Positions 52,258-64,000 of a DNA stretch of 64,000 bases are shown in pieces. Made by a program: the position numbers and the translations under genes. The notes beneath the pieces are model-generated. The model searched no databases. It was not told the origin of the DNA and saw only the letters and a program-made list of their open reading frames with translations. This DNA is from Eledone cirrhosa. Taxonomy: Eukaryota. The stretch's first letter is position 1. Each line of letters opens with the position of its first letter. The stretch covers positions 353,090,001 through 353,154,000 of the forward strand of contig OZ024742.1 of NCBI GenBank assembly GCA_964016885.1, written 5' to 3'.

Positions 52258-52332
52258 AGTAATAATAATAAATTTGAAGAATAAAATCCAAAGAGGGCTC
52301 GATAAGGATAAATATATATCAAATATATAGTA
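52258..52332 (-). mobile_element. Short family B pLTR end
   Basis: Inverted copy of ~52173-52246 across a short (TA)n. Confidence 0.75.
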
Positions 52333-53632
52333 ACCGTATAAATAGTGGTAGAACACTGGAAGGTAATATCCGTAGTGGCAGAGCACTCAGTCCATGGGAC
52401 GAGTTAGGTAGGAGTCCTTACACAACATTTAGTTAACCATACCGAGAACAATTGTTTCACCTTAACGGATCCTCAGCACGTAATTGACATGGTTATATGG
52501 AACAGGGAGGACAACCGTATGTACGTGCATGCGCAGAAATGGTCATTTCACCAAGGCATTTCAAAAGTGCGTGCGTGATGTGTAAGGGAGATAACTGCGA
52601 AAGTCCGAAAGTTTCTAGTTGAGAAGAAAATTAGGATGTCGTTGTAATTCAATAGCGAGCTTTCTAGTTATGGAAGAGGTGTTTCCTGACGTATGGACAA
52701 CGTGTGAATAATTCATTTTCTTGGATTTAGGCAATCGCTATTGCGTAATATCTTTAGAATATTTATTTATCCATCAATGCATAGTCCGCACGACGGATTG
52801 CCCCTTGCGTATGGCTTGGACTCAGTAATTGTTTTCCATTGAATGGAGTAGTCTATACTTGAGTCCTTGAGGGACCATACGGGGCTCACGTGTTTCGTGG
52901 ATGATCGTTTGTCAAGGTACCTAATGATCGACTGATGGTTCAGAAAACGTTCCTTAAATCGGCCCACTGCCATACCCCCGCAAGCTTTGACCTCCTGTGG
53001 TTGATTTCGTCGGTTGGAAGTGACCACAGCTTCATAAATTAGAGCGGATGAGTTGCATTGATGTTGAAGGGGATATGTTTCTGTCCTTCTGCAAGAGCAC
53101 CCTAGCGTTAGCTAACAGCAGCTTTCCGCAACTTATCACTTACTCTCCCACTAACAAAAACAGCAATAAGAAAAGAAAAAGTAACAATAGACAAACTATT
53201 TGGTTCTCTCCTCCCTTCTCACTCGACGTTAAAACAAATATAGGAAAAACATTTCTAGGCCTCTTAGATAGACACTTTCACAAATACAGCTCCATCTTTA
53301 ACAAACACAAAGTAAAACTAGGATACTCCTGCGCTAAGAATGTGAAGGGCCACATCACCAACCGACGAAAGAGCAACACTCAACCAGTGTGCTCTTGCCG
53401 AAAGCCTGAAATTTGTCACCTTCAACAGCAATGCAACACACCCACTGTAGTTTATGAAGCTGTGGTCACTTCCAACCGACCAAATCAACCACAGGAGGTC
53501 AAATCCTATGTCGGTATGGAGCATGGCCGATTTAGTGAACGCTTGCTGAACCATCAGTCAGCCTTTAGTTACCCGGACAAACGATCATACACGAAACTCG
53601 AGTCAAGGACTCAAGTATAGACTACTCCATTC
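52333..53632. mobile_element. PLE family I remnant: EN 3' end plus pLTR on minus (53060 to 52333) and inverted linker/EN piece on plus (53090-53632)
   Basis: WFSPPFSLDVKTNIGK..CSCRKPEICHLQQQC..VVYEA..YVGM on plus; ..QWKTI..CGLC on minus. Confidence 0.85.
52443..52480 (-). ncRNA. Minimal hammerhead ribozyme (family I)
   Basis: cgtg-CTGAGGA-tCC gttaa GGt-GAAA-CAATTG-TT-ctcg. Confidence 0.75.
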
Positions 53633-53725
53633 AAATCGCGCGGTCCTCGGATACGTCTCGATTCTCCGAATCAAAACGAACATCTACTTCGTAGAATCGA
53701 GACGCATCCGAGGACCGCGCGATTT
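53633..53725. repeat. GC-rich hairpin (~37-bp arms)
   Basis: aaatcgcgcggtcctcggatacgtctcgattct pairs with agaatcgagacgcatccgaggaccgcgcgattt. Confidence 0.9.
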
Positions 53726-53838
53726 CAGAGTCTGGTTTGATCACCATATGGATCGTGCCTTGAGTTGGTCGCCCGAGAAATAATTGTAATATACCCAATA
53801 AATTCCTTTCCTCGCAACACTGATTCTCCCTTTTTTCT

Positions 53839-54007
<169 letters not shown>

Positions 54008-54105
54008 GTATGGTTGCAATAAATGCGTGCATAGGCGGTATGCCGTTTGACACTGGATGCTCACGGGGCGCAGAGTATAATATTATAGTAAATTATATAT
54101 ATATA

Positions 54106-54161
54106 AAGTACCAGTAATGCACTGGGTAATTGTTGGCCTTGTGCCTAAAGTAGAAACAATT
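54106..54161 (+). mobile_element. SINE 3' tail fragment
   Basis: aaagtaccagtaatgcactgggtaattgttggccttgtgcctaaagtagaaacaatt. Confidence 0.8.
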
Positions 54162-54401
54162 ATATATATTTATATATAAGAGACATAGATTTACATACGT
54201 ACATATATATATGTACATACGTAAATCCATATCTCTTTTTACATGAATTTCTTAGGCAATTGTAGTCAATATTTTCGCGTTTTATCGATCTTTATCTATG
54301 ATGACTATGTCAGTTTGCCGATAAGTATATTCTTGCGTCGTTGTCATCAAGAAATGTCACAATTAAGTAAATGCTATTTGATGATAGAACCACACACACA
54401 C

Positions 54402-54441
<40 letters not shown>

Positions 54442-54453
54442 ATACCCACACAC

Positions 54454-54524
<71 letters not shown>

Positions 54525-54987
54525 GAGAGAATAGAAATGGCTGTGTAGTCGCTATATAAGGTAACTTAAAATGCAGTGGGAATACGAAGAAAGAAAGAAC
54601 GTGGGAGGAGGTTCCTCATCAGTTGTCTACTGGGTGTCTCGAATGTTTGTACTTTTTAAAGACAATATATCTCGCCCCAACGCGTCAATGACTGGATAAG
54701 TTATTGGAAACACGGAGCAGGAAGGGAAGGAAAGCAAAAGGGAAGAAAAGATAAAACAGTAAAAATAGAGAGAAAAGCAAAAAGAGCAACACACCGAGCA
54801 ATGTGCGAGCAACTTCTGGTAAGGAAATCCAAGACCACTCGATAAGAGAACTGAAGACTGAGTGGTCGAGAGAAAAAAGACACACGTCTGATCGCCGCAG
54901 TTGTAAGTGAAAAGGGAACTGCTAAAGGGTCTGGTGAGGGGGTGATAATGAGAGGGAGAAAGGAAGAGGAATAAAGTGGGGTAAGAG

Positions 54988-55041
<54 letters not shown>

Positions 55042-55043
55042 TA

Positions 55044-55083
<40 letters not shown>

Positions 55084-55089
<6 letters not shown>

Positions 55090-55265
55090 GACGTAAAATA
55101 ATATTTCTTTAAAAAAATTTAAAAAAAATTTTTTTCTTACTTAAATTTTCACTCCAACTAATTAGTTTCTGCAGAAACTAATTAGTTGGAGTGAAAATTT
55201 AAGTAAGAAAAAATTTTTTTTTAAATTTTTTTAAAGAAATATTTTCTTATTTTACGTCCTTTATA
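55084..55265. repeat. Spacer-less palindrome (~90-bp arms) containing the 3' half of an HHR-like motif
   Basis: Centre ttctg|cagaa at 55171/55172; GAAA-CTAATTAG-TT-ggagtg. Confidence 0.9.
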
Positions 55266-55377
55266 TTATTGTTCTGCATTCTCCTGCATTGAACCACCTA
55301 GGTACTATGACATAACCTGTGTATTTGCTGGCATGGGCGTGCATCTGTGCGCTTATGTTAGTTGATATATTAAATTA

Positions 55378-55458
<81 letters not shown>

Positions 55459-55487
55459 TTATATATATATATAAATATATATATATA

Positions 55488-56182
55488 TCATAAAATATGT
55501 CTATATAATCACCAGATAAAATACATACCATTTCCTCTCCCAATTAGCATAATTAACCATATAAAAATCGAATAGAACAGGCTATAAGAATAGGGCTTCT
55601 ATGAAGAAATCTCCAACAAATAACCGAAACTAGCCCTTCGCGTCGGCTTCGACGGAATATTTATCGAATATTTCGACAGCGTAATCGCCCAGATATACAG
55701 TCAATTAAACAGAATTAGGTGTAAAATAAACTAGGAGAAAAGAGAATACATTTATTTACCTCGACCATGGTTTCGTCCGCATTTTGAGATTTCCACTAAC
55801 TTCGGAAACTCGAGCACCGGACACTTTATGAGTTTGCTCAAATCTAGACAATAATTTTTCCAAAGTGATCGCGCCAAGTATACATTCAAAAATGGCTAAG
55901 TGTTATGATATATAGCTCTGATTATTTTACCCCTAGTTTATTTTACACCTAATTCTGTTTAATCGACTGTACATCTGGGCGATTACGCTGTCGAAATATT
56001 CGATAAATATTCCATCGCAACCGACGCGAAGGGCTAATTTCGGTTATTTGTTGGAGATTTCTTCATAGAAGCCTTATTCTTATAGCCTGGTCTATTCGAA
56101 TTTTTATATGGTTAATTATGCTAATTGGGAGAGGAAATGGTATATATTTTATCTGGTGATTCTATAGACATGTTTTATGATA
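55488..56182. repeat. Fold-back element, ~250-bp arms, between (TA)n tracts
   Basis: 55488-55735 is inverted at 55932-56180. Confidence 0.88.
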
Positions 56183-56288
56183 TATAGCTCTGATTATTTA
56201 AGTTATTAACTTTCCATTGATCCACAAAGTGACCCGTTGCAAAACACGTATATATATATGTATGTATACATATATATATGTAAACCTT

Positions 56289-56485
<197 letters not shown>

Positions 56486-56486
56486 G

Positions 56487-56685
56487 AAACGAGTGGGAGC
56501 CCGACGGCTGAGCTCAAGCCGTTTCGACGGCAAATTCTGGACTATTTTACTCCAGAATTAGCCGTCGAAACGGCTTGAGCTCAGCCGCCGGGGTCCTACT
56601 GGTTGCTATTACCCACTCTACTACCCCAAGTATTGAGTAATATGGTGCGTTATGGTCCACCTGGTTACTTACCACATTTCCTCCG

Positions 56686-56688
<3 letters not shown>
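56487..56688. mobile_element. Tiny fold-back of the family A pLTR 3' end (HHR 3' half in both arms)
   Basis: 56500-56541 is inverted at 56551-56592; the tail matches 23660-23791. Confidence 0.88.
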
Positions 56689-56752
<64 letters not shown>

Positions 56753-56759
<7 letters not shown>

Positions 56760-58982
56760 AGATCAAAAGATGGTTAAAAGAGTTCCATGTATTTTATTAC
56801 GCGCATTTTAAAAACAAATATCATTATGCGATGACATTTGCGTTTTCGTCATATAAAATAGGAAGATATGATATGAAGTTTATAAAACATTTGTGAATAG
56901 TGCAGTTTTAAATCAACATATGAAAAGTAGTTTTAGATTGATGTGTGATATTGGGAAAACAATTAGGGGAGGGGATGGAAAGAATGAAAAAGAAGAGGAG
57001 ATGAGAGTAAAGAATGGAGGTGGAGGAGTATAAAAAGGAAGGATGAGATAGGAGGAGAGATGGATGATAGAGAGAGAGATAGCTTTTATAACTGAGAAAA
57101 ATATATTGTTTTACAGAGAGGCGTTAAAAAAACCGTCGGAAGATAATATATGAATTAAAAGAATTTGAAAATGAACGAAGAGAAAAATTTAAGAATAATG
57201 TTAAATTAAGGTTTGTATATTGAAGTGTTTAATAATATGAAAAGAAATTGTTAATATGTATTAAGAATAATATTAAGTTAAGATTTGAATATTGAAGGGT
57301 TTAATAATATGTGCGATGGAAAGAAATTGTTGATATGTATTATTAAAAATAAAATTAGTAATGTAATTAAGGATATATTGTGAAAAGAAGTTGAGAGTTG
57401 ATGAATTATGAATTTAGAGGAATTAGTTAGTGTTTAAGTGTGTTTTTATGTATAGTAATATGTATGTGTAATATATGTAAATAGTTTGTTTACAAATGAG
57501 CGCAGAAAGCAAAGAAGGAGATAGTGTTTAAGGAGAAGACCTTAACATCAAAATATGTATGTTTATGAAGTATTTCCAGTGGTAATAACACAATGTAATA
57601 AAAGAGATTAGTTAGGATTTAATTTTGTTTTTATGTGTTGGGATGTGTAATATGTAGAAGTTAGACGAGCATGAAAGGTAGAAAAAAATAATGAATTGAG
57701 GATGTATAATCTAACGTCAAAAAATGTTTATGATTGCGAGGGATTTTTCAAGGTGATACTATGAAGTATTTAAAAGGGTAATAGTAAGTGTTATGGCCAG
57801 TGATAGGATGGAAAAAGGAAGTGTGGATATATTGTGGTGAGTAATAATGAGAATTGAGAAGTATCTAGGAAGAAAAGGTACAGATTAGAGGTTAGAAATT
57901 AAAAGAAAAAAGGGAAAAGGAAGAAAGGGACGTGATAATTAGGAATGATATAGAATGGGTAACTAGTATTATATAATGTATAATAAATAACATTGAAATA
58001 ATGTAGAAAGATGGGTATATTTTTAAAGAAATATTTATATATATATATATGCCTTTGAGAAAAAGGATTTTAAATTGGTAAATTATTAGATATTAGCTGT
58101 ATACTTTATGGAATGTTCTGTGGAATTTATGCAAGCAGAGAGAAAACAAGTCAGTGCGTCAATTTATTATAGAATCTAAATTAGATATAATGGTAAATTT
58201 CTCACATAAACAGAGATTACATGTTTTGGATAGAGAGGCATTCAAGTATGGAGAGGCAGAACAAACCTTCCTCCAAGAGATGTTATAGTTAATATTTTTG
58301 TCTTTCAAGGACCATATGAGTTCTGAGAGTGCCGTGTTGGTTCTTTTAAGTTGGTATTTAAAAGACGAATAATGATTATAAAGACGAGCTTTAAAGTAGG
58401 TGGAAGTGGAGCCAAAATAGGTAAAGGAATTGGTGTCAGTTATAACTTTAGATTCATAGATTAAGTTTTTTTCAAGACAATGGTTGTTGAGAGGACATTT
58501 ATTTTTAACAGGGCAATTACAATTGCGATTAGAGAAATTAACAGAGTTATTAACAAGTGACCTAGTGTTATCTATAGGAGGAATTGGATTGGAGAAGTTA
58601 TTTACGATAGGAATAATAGTTTCTTGATTTAGATTGGTATTAAGAACATTTAACGAAGTTGCGTTTGACGTCATGAGTACTATTTCTATTATTATGATAT
58701 TCAGTGTTGGAAGGAAGAGATTTAGTATTTAGTATTTTATTGTTGTGTTTAGAGATAATGTTGGAGATGTTGGAGGGGGTCGAATAGGAACATGTTATAG
58801 TGTGTTTGTTAAATATTTTACTATAGATATGTGAGGGAGGGAAGCATTTATTTAAGGCACTAAAGAAAAATTTAGGAATATTTTTATTAATAGAAATGGA
58901 GAAAGGAGTATTATACCAGATTATGAAATGCGCATAATAAAATACATGGAACTCTTTTAACCATATTTTGATCTTATATATT
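56753..58982 (-). mobile_element. PLE family L (Hydra-type), old 5'-truncated copy with short inverted end; decayed HHR at 56793-56857
   Basis: IWYNTPFS..CNCPVKNKCPLNNHC..LIYES..YFGSTSTYFKAR..SW..CNLC. 56753-56808 is inverted at 58925-58982. Motif tttat-ATGACGA-(long stem II)-AAAA-tgcgcg-TA-ataaa. Confidence 0.88.
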
Positions 58983-59067
58983 ATTTATACTCCAGTCCTA
59001 CAAACTGTAGAGTGCTACATATCCGATATCTGCATTGCTTTATTGTACTACAATAAAACTCACCTCC

Positions 59068-59165
<98 letters not shown>

Positions 59166-59952
59166 TATATTTAGAGTTTAAACTCAAAGTCATTTACAAT
59201 TAATTATCTCAAAGAAAGAAGCATTTCTGAGCCGTGAAATACAGGTTAATATATATTAATATATGATAAACACATACGTGCGTGTTTGTATTGCAAAATA
59301 CGAAGTTAGCTAGAATGAAATAAACTAATTAAAATGAATATATTTTGTCTGTCTCGATATAAGTCAATAAAGACAAGCTTATATTGGCAAAGTCGTGATT
59401 CTTGAACAAATTTAAATTTGAAAATTCAAACCTGCTCCGTAGATGAATTTGAACTTCGAAACCTAAATGTGTTTCGCAACGATGGTGTGCATGTGTGGAT
59501 CTACATGTATATATTCAGAGCTAACCAATTTGTACTGTTTGTTTATATTCGATACATTTTAAACCGAGTACATATCGCCATCTTCAAGCAAGGTTATTTA
59601 CATACATAGTTACATAAATTAAATAACTGTATTGAAATTACCTTTAGAATTATGTCTAAATAGTTCTCTCTATAGCTGGTAGTTGTAATTTCATAATCTC
59701 CCTCGAATTTGTGTGCGGATTTCCCTTGTGAATACATAATTGTTAGTCTGTACCCAAATTGGATATATAATATGTTACTTAACCCTAAATACACTATCTC
59801 AAATTAGGAAAGGGAACAGTTATGTCATATAAGTTCCGACAATTAAAGCTATGCTGAAATATTTTCATCAGCACATATAAGTTTCATCTGTCTATCTCTC
59901 TCTCTCACTTTCTATGTATATATATATATATACCTCCACTCTCCCATATTAT

Positions 59953-60051
<99 letters not shown>

Positions 60052-60159
60052 GACAGATAAAGAGAGAAAGAGAGAGGGACATATAGATAGATAGAGAGAT
60101 AGAGAGATTGATAGATATATCAACACTCTCTTATATTATACATACACACAAACACACAC

Positions 60160-60210
<51 letters not shown>

Positions 60211-62033
60211 GAGATTGTGTGTGACTATAACTGAACGTAATTGCTGTCAGATACTCCTGGGAAATAAGGGCAAGCTACATGATGACATGGATTTTTTGCG
60301 AGGGGGATAACATTATATCATTAACACGTGTGTTACTATGAAAAGCAAGACTAGGACCTGAGCTAAAATGAAGCTGGTTGTAAGTGGATGAAATGCAACT
60401 AACAATAGAATATCCACGACTAACCTACGACGGTGTCTCTGCGCAGTAATTCTACAATATAACATTAGGTCTGGAATTCCAACGTAAATCATAGACTACA
60501 GACTTAAAATATAAGGATTCACTGGATAATGTTGGACAGAGACCACATTGCATTAGGCTGATACAGATCAACACTGAACCCTGACGTGAGTCTTGGAAAT
60601 GTACGACTTTGTTTTATCTACTACTACTACTACTACTAGTACTACTACTACTACTACTACTACTTTTTAGTGCAAACATATTCACACAACAGTTATATGT
60701 AATTTGTAACACTTATATTGCCACATATCTATTTATTTTACATGCTAGAAGTCAAGCTCTTACTCGCAATCAATAGTATTGCTGATGGTTATGGTAGTTA
60801 ATTCTAGTTTATCACCGCTTAATTGACATATCGGATAGTTCGGAATTTATTTTCCCATTATATGGTTGATGTACCTTTATTTATTGTCATTGCGTACTTT
60901 GTTAGATTACATAGAAATAATATTTCTCTACAAATATGTAAGAAAAATGGAGAATACGACATTTCAATGTACAATTATCAATCTAGAACTGACACTGCCT
61001 TGCATTGAAGAACAATATATATTTGCTATTGCAACTTCAGTATTATCGTATAAACTACTTTAGTAAAACACTCAAATTCTGTGTATAGCTATTTTAAACC
61101 TTCCTCGACATCTCTGCTCTTAAAGGGGTCTCGTGTTTACTACGCAAATGTTCATACAAAAACAAATAAATTATATAACAACAAGTCTTGTTTTATTATT
61201 CCTACAAAAACTATTCGGCATTATTAATGGTCATAATATTTGTTATCATTTAGAACAAATTTAGGCAAAACAACATAGACGAAAACAATAATAAAACATA
61301 TTCTAAATGTTTGTTAATAAAGAAGTGTAATACTTTACAAATATTGTCGTAAATGGTAATACATATATTCACATTATGATAGCTCGATGCAATCATATCT
61401 AACACACAGAAATCAATATATTCTATAACATTCAGACCAATACTTCAATAGAATTACAACGTTTATTTTCTGAATTGAGAGCTTTGCATAGGAAACGAAT
61501 GCTTGGATTAATGCTAAGTAATTATTTACCATTTACTTGAATCTTTGACGATAAAAAAGGTTATAGTGGAAGCTCAATTATTCAGAATAGTTATGATCAA
61601 AGTTCAGACATTATTGATGGTTACGTATGGTGAAATAAATACAGAAGTAAGTATGTTGATAGATATACATACCTAAATGTAAAGAGAGCAAATACAAAGA
61701 TGTGAATAACATCATTCCTGTTTCGTTACTAGTTCTAACAAATAAAGAAAACTATATTGCAAAATGAAAAAAATAATTTTTCAGAAACAAAAACAGAGAA
61801 GTTTATTTAGTGTGTTTTACGATACTTTCTGAAATGTTGATGTCGCAATGTTAGTAGCAGCTGACTGACAACATTTAATGAATGCAGCATAAGGAGAAAT
61901 GTTATTTATGAATTTAATATTGGTGTATTTATTAGTCCTCATATATCCTCTCACACAGACACACACACACACACTCATACACCCACCCACACTCAAACAA
62001 AACACACATACACACATACACACTCACACACAC

Positions 62034-62078
<45 letters not shown>

Positions 62079-62096
62079 ATAAATAATAATAATAGT

Positions 62097-62286
62097 AATT
62101 GTTCCTACTTTTGGCACAGGGCCAGTAATTACCTAGTACATTACTGGTACTTTATTTTATCGACCTCGTAAGGATGAAAGGCAAAGTTAACCTCGGCGGG
62201 AATTGAACTCAGAATGGCAGGAACCGTAACTCTATGCGTCAAAGCATGGCGTCCGACTCTCTACCGATACTGCCAATCCACCGCCC
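62097..62286 (-). mobile_element. tRNA-derived SINE
   Basis: Matches the consensus of the other copies. Confidence 0.9.
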
Positions 62287-62340
62287 ATATAATAATAGTT
62301 ATTATTATTATAATAATTATAATAATAATAAAAATAAAAG

Positions 62341-63222
<882 letters not shown>

Positions 63223-63474
63223 TGTATATATATATATATAATATATACATTTATAAATAAGATAAACAAGATATGTTGTATGTATATATATATATGCAGT
63301 AGCGCCTTCGAAGAAAAAAATAAGTATATTTGTTTTCTATTGTATCCTCATATTTGTTATCTAATAAAGCCCTCTAATTAATGAATTATGCTAATTATTT
63401 CGAGCAAAACATGATAAGATGGGCACTGCCACACATATAACTATGTATATGCGAGTGTATATGTGGGTGTATTT

Positions 63475-64000
63475 CAGGTCACCAGCTGCTGCTTACTGAC
63501 AACATGTATCCCAGTACAACTGGTCACATGGTCGGGTCGTTGGCGACTAAACTGGCAACCCCACCAAGGTTTCTTGGTGAGGAGGGAGACTTTGGACATC
63601 CTGCAGGACTAAAAAGAAAATCTGTCAAAGGGAAAAGGAGCTCTTAAGAGTCAATGGCCATCCAAATTCACAGAGAGAGATGACCCCTTAGACTTTGTCA
63701 AGGCAGTATTCTAGGAGAAGGAAAACTCTGATATAACACCTGCAATCCTTTTGGTATCCAATGATGTTGACTTGTTCTTCTTTTTGGTAAATATCATCTT
63801 GGTCAAGAGAGTGGGATTGGCTTTGTGCAGAGCCTTTGCTCACTATAAAAGCTTCACGGCACAGGCATTGCTTTATAATGGACATCTCTCTGCACTTGTC
63901 GTCACATGGTACCATGGGCCGAGTACTATGTGTCAATAATTGTCACAAGTGTTGTGTTTTTACCAGAGTTTTCAAGTCGCTGGCTGGACTAAAAATTCAC
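63475..64000 (+). mobile_element. Second copy of the zinc-finger non-LTR 5' region; runs off the window end
   Basis: Reverse complement of 47495-48018 with scattered substitutions. Confidence 0.7.

Noticed and set aside
54560-54630. CTGATGA-ggaac..gttc on the minus strand
   Set aside because: No GAAA follows the helix; at most a destroyed motif.

Overview
AT-rich eukaryotic DNA with no confident host gene. The tRNA-type SINE resembles the abundant Octopus SINE as I recall it, so the source is probably an octopod cephalopod. Apart from 1-2 kb, the window from ~10.6 kb onward is a dense pile of Penelope-like retroelements (PLEs: RT plus C-terminal GIY-YIG endonuclease) and their non-coding derivatives, nearly all inserted into (TA)n microsatellites. 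At least 6 families carry the CxCx5C linker, [KTSH]W and CxxC signature of the Hydra group, and 2 are Neptune-type. Most insertions have a fold-back structure with one inverted pseudo-LTR arm. Reading both strands by hand I find about 25 type-I hammerhead ribozyme (HHR) motifs in 13 or more unrelated repeat families. Several have unusual cores: a U3:A8 swap in 3 families, a U4A core, a U-U pair closing stem II, and very long stem II. Several HHR families encode no protein and occur as tandem or circularly permuted monomers (~285, ~415, ~590 and ~2000 nt). These look like retrozyme-type RNA parasites of the PLEs, and one is visibly a deletion derivative of a near-intact PLE in this window. Also present are RTE and R4/Dong LINE fragments, 9 SINE copies, and two 5' fragments of a zinc-finger non-LTR element with a conserved structured leader. 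Family letters A-M are my own labels. All folds and alignments were done by eye; none was computed or tested.
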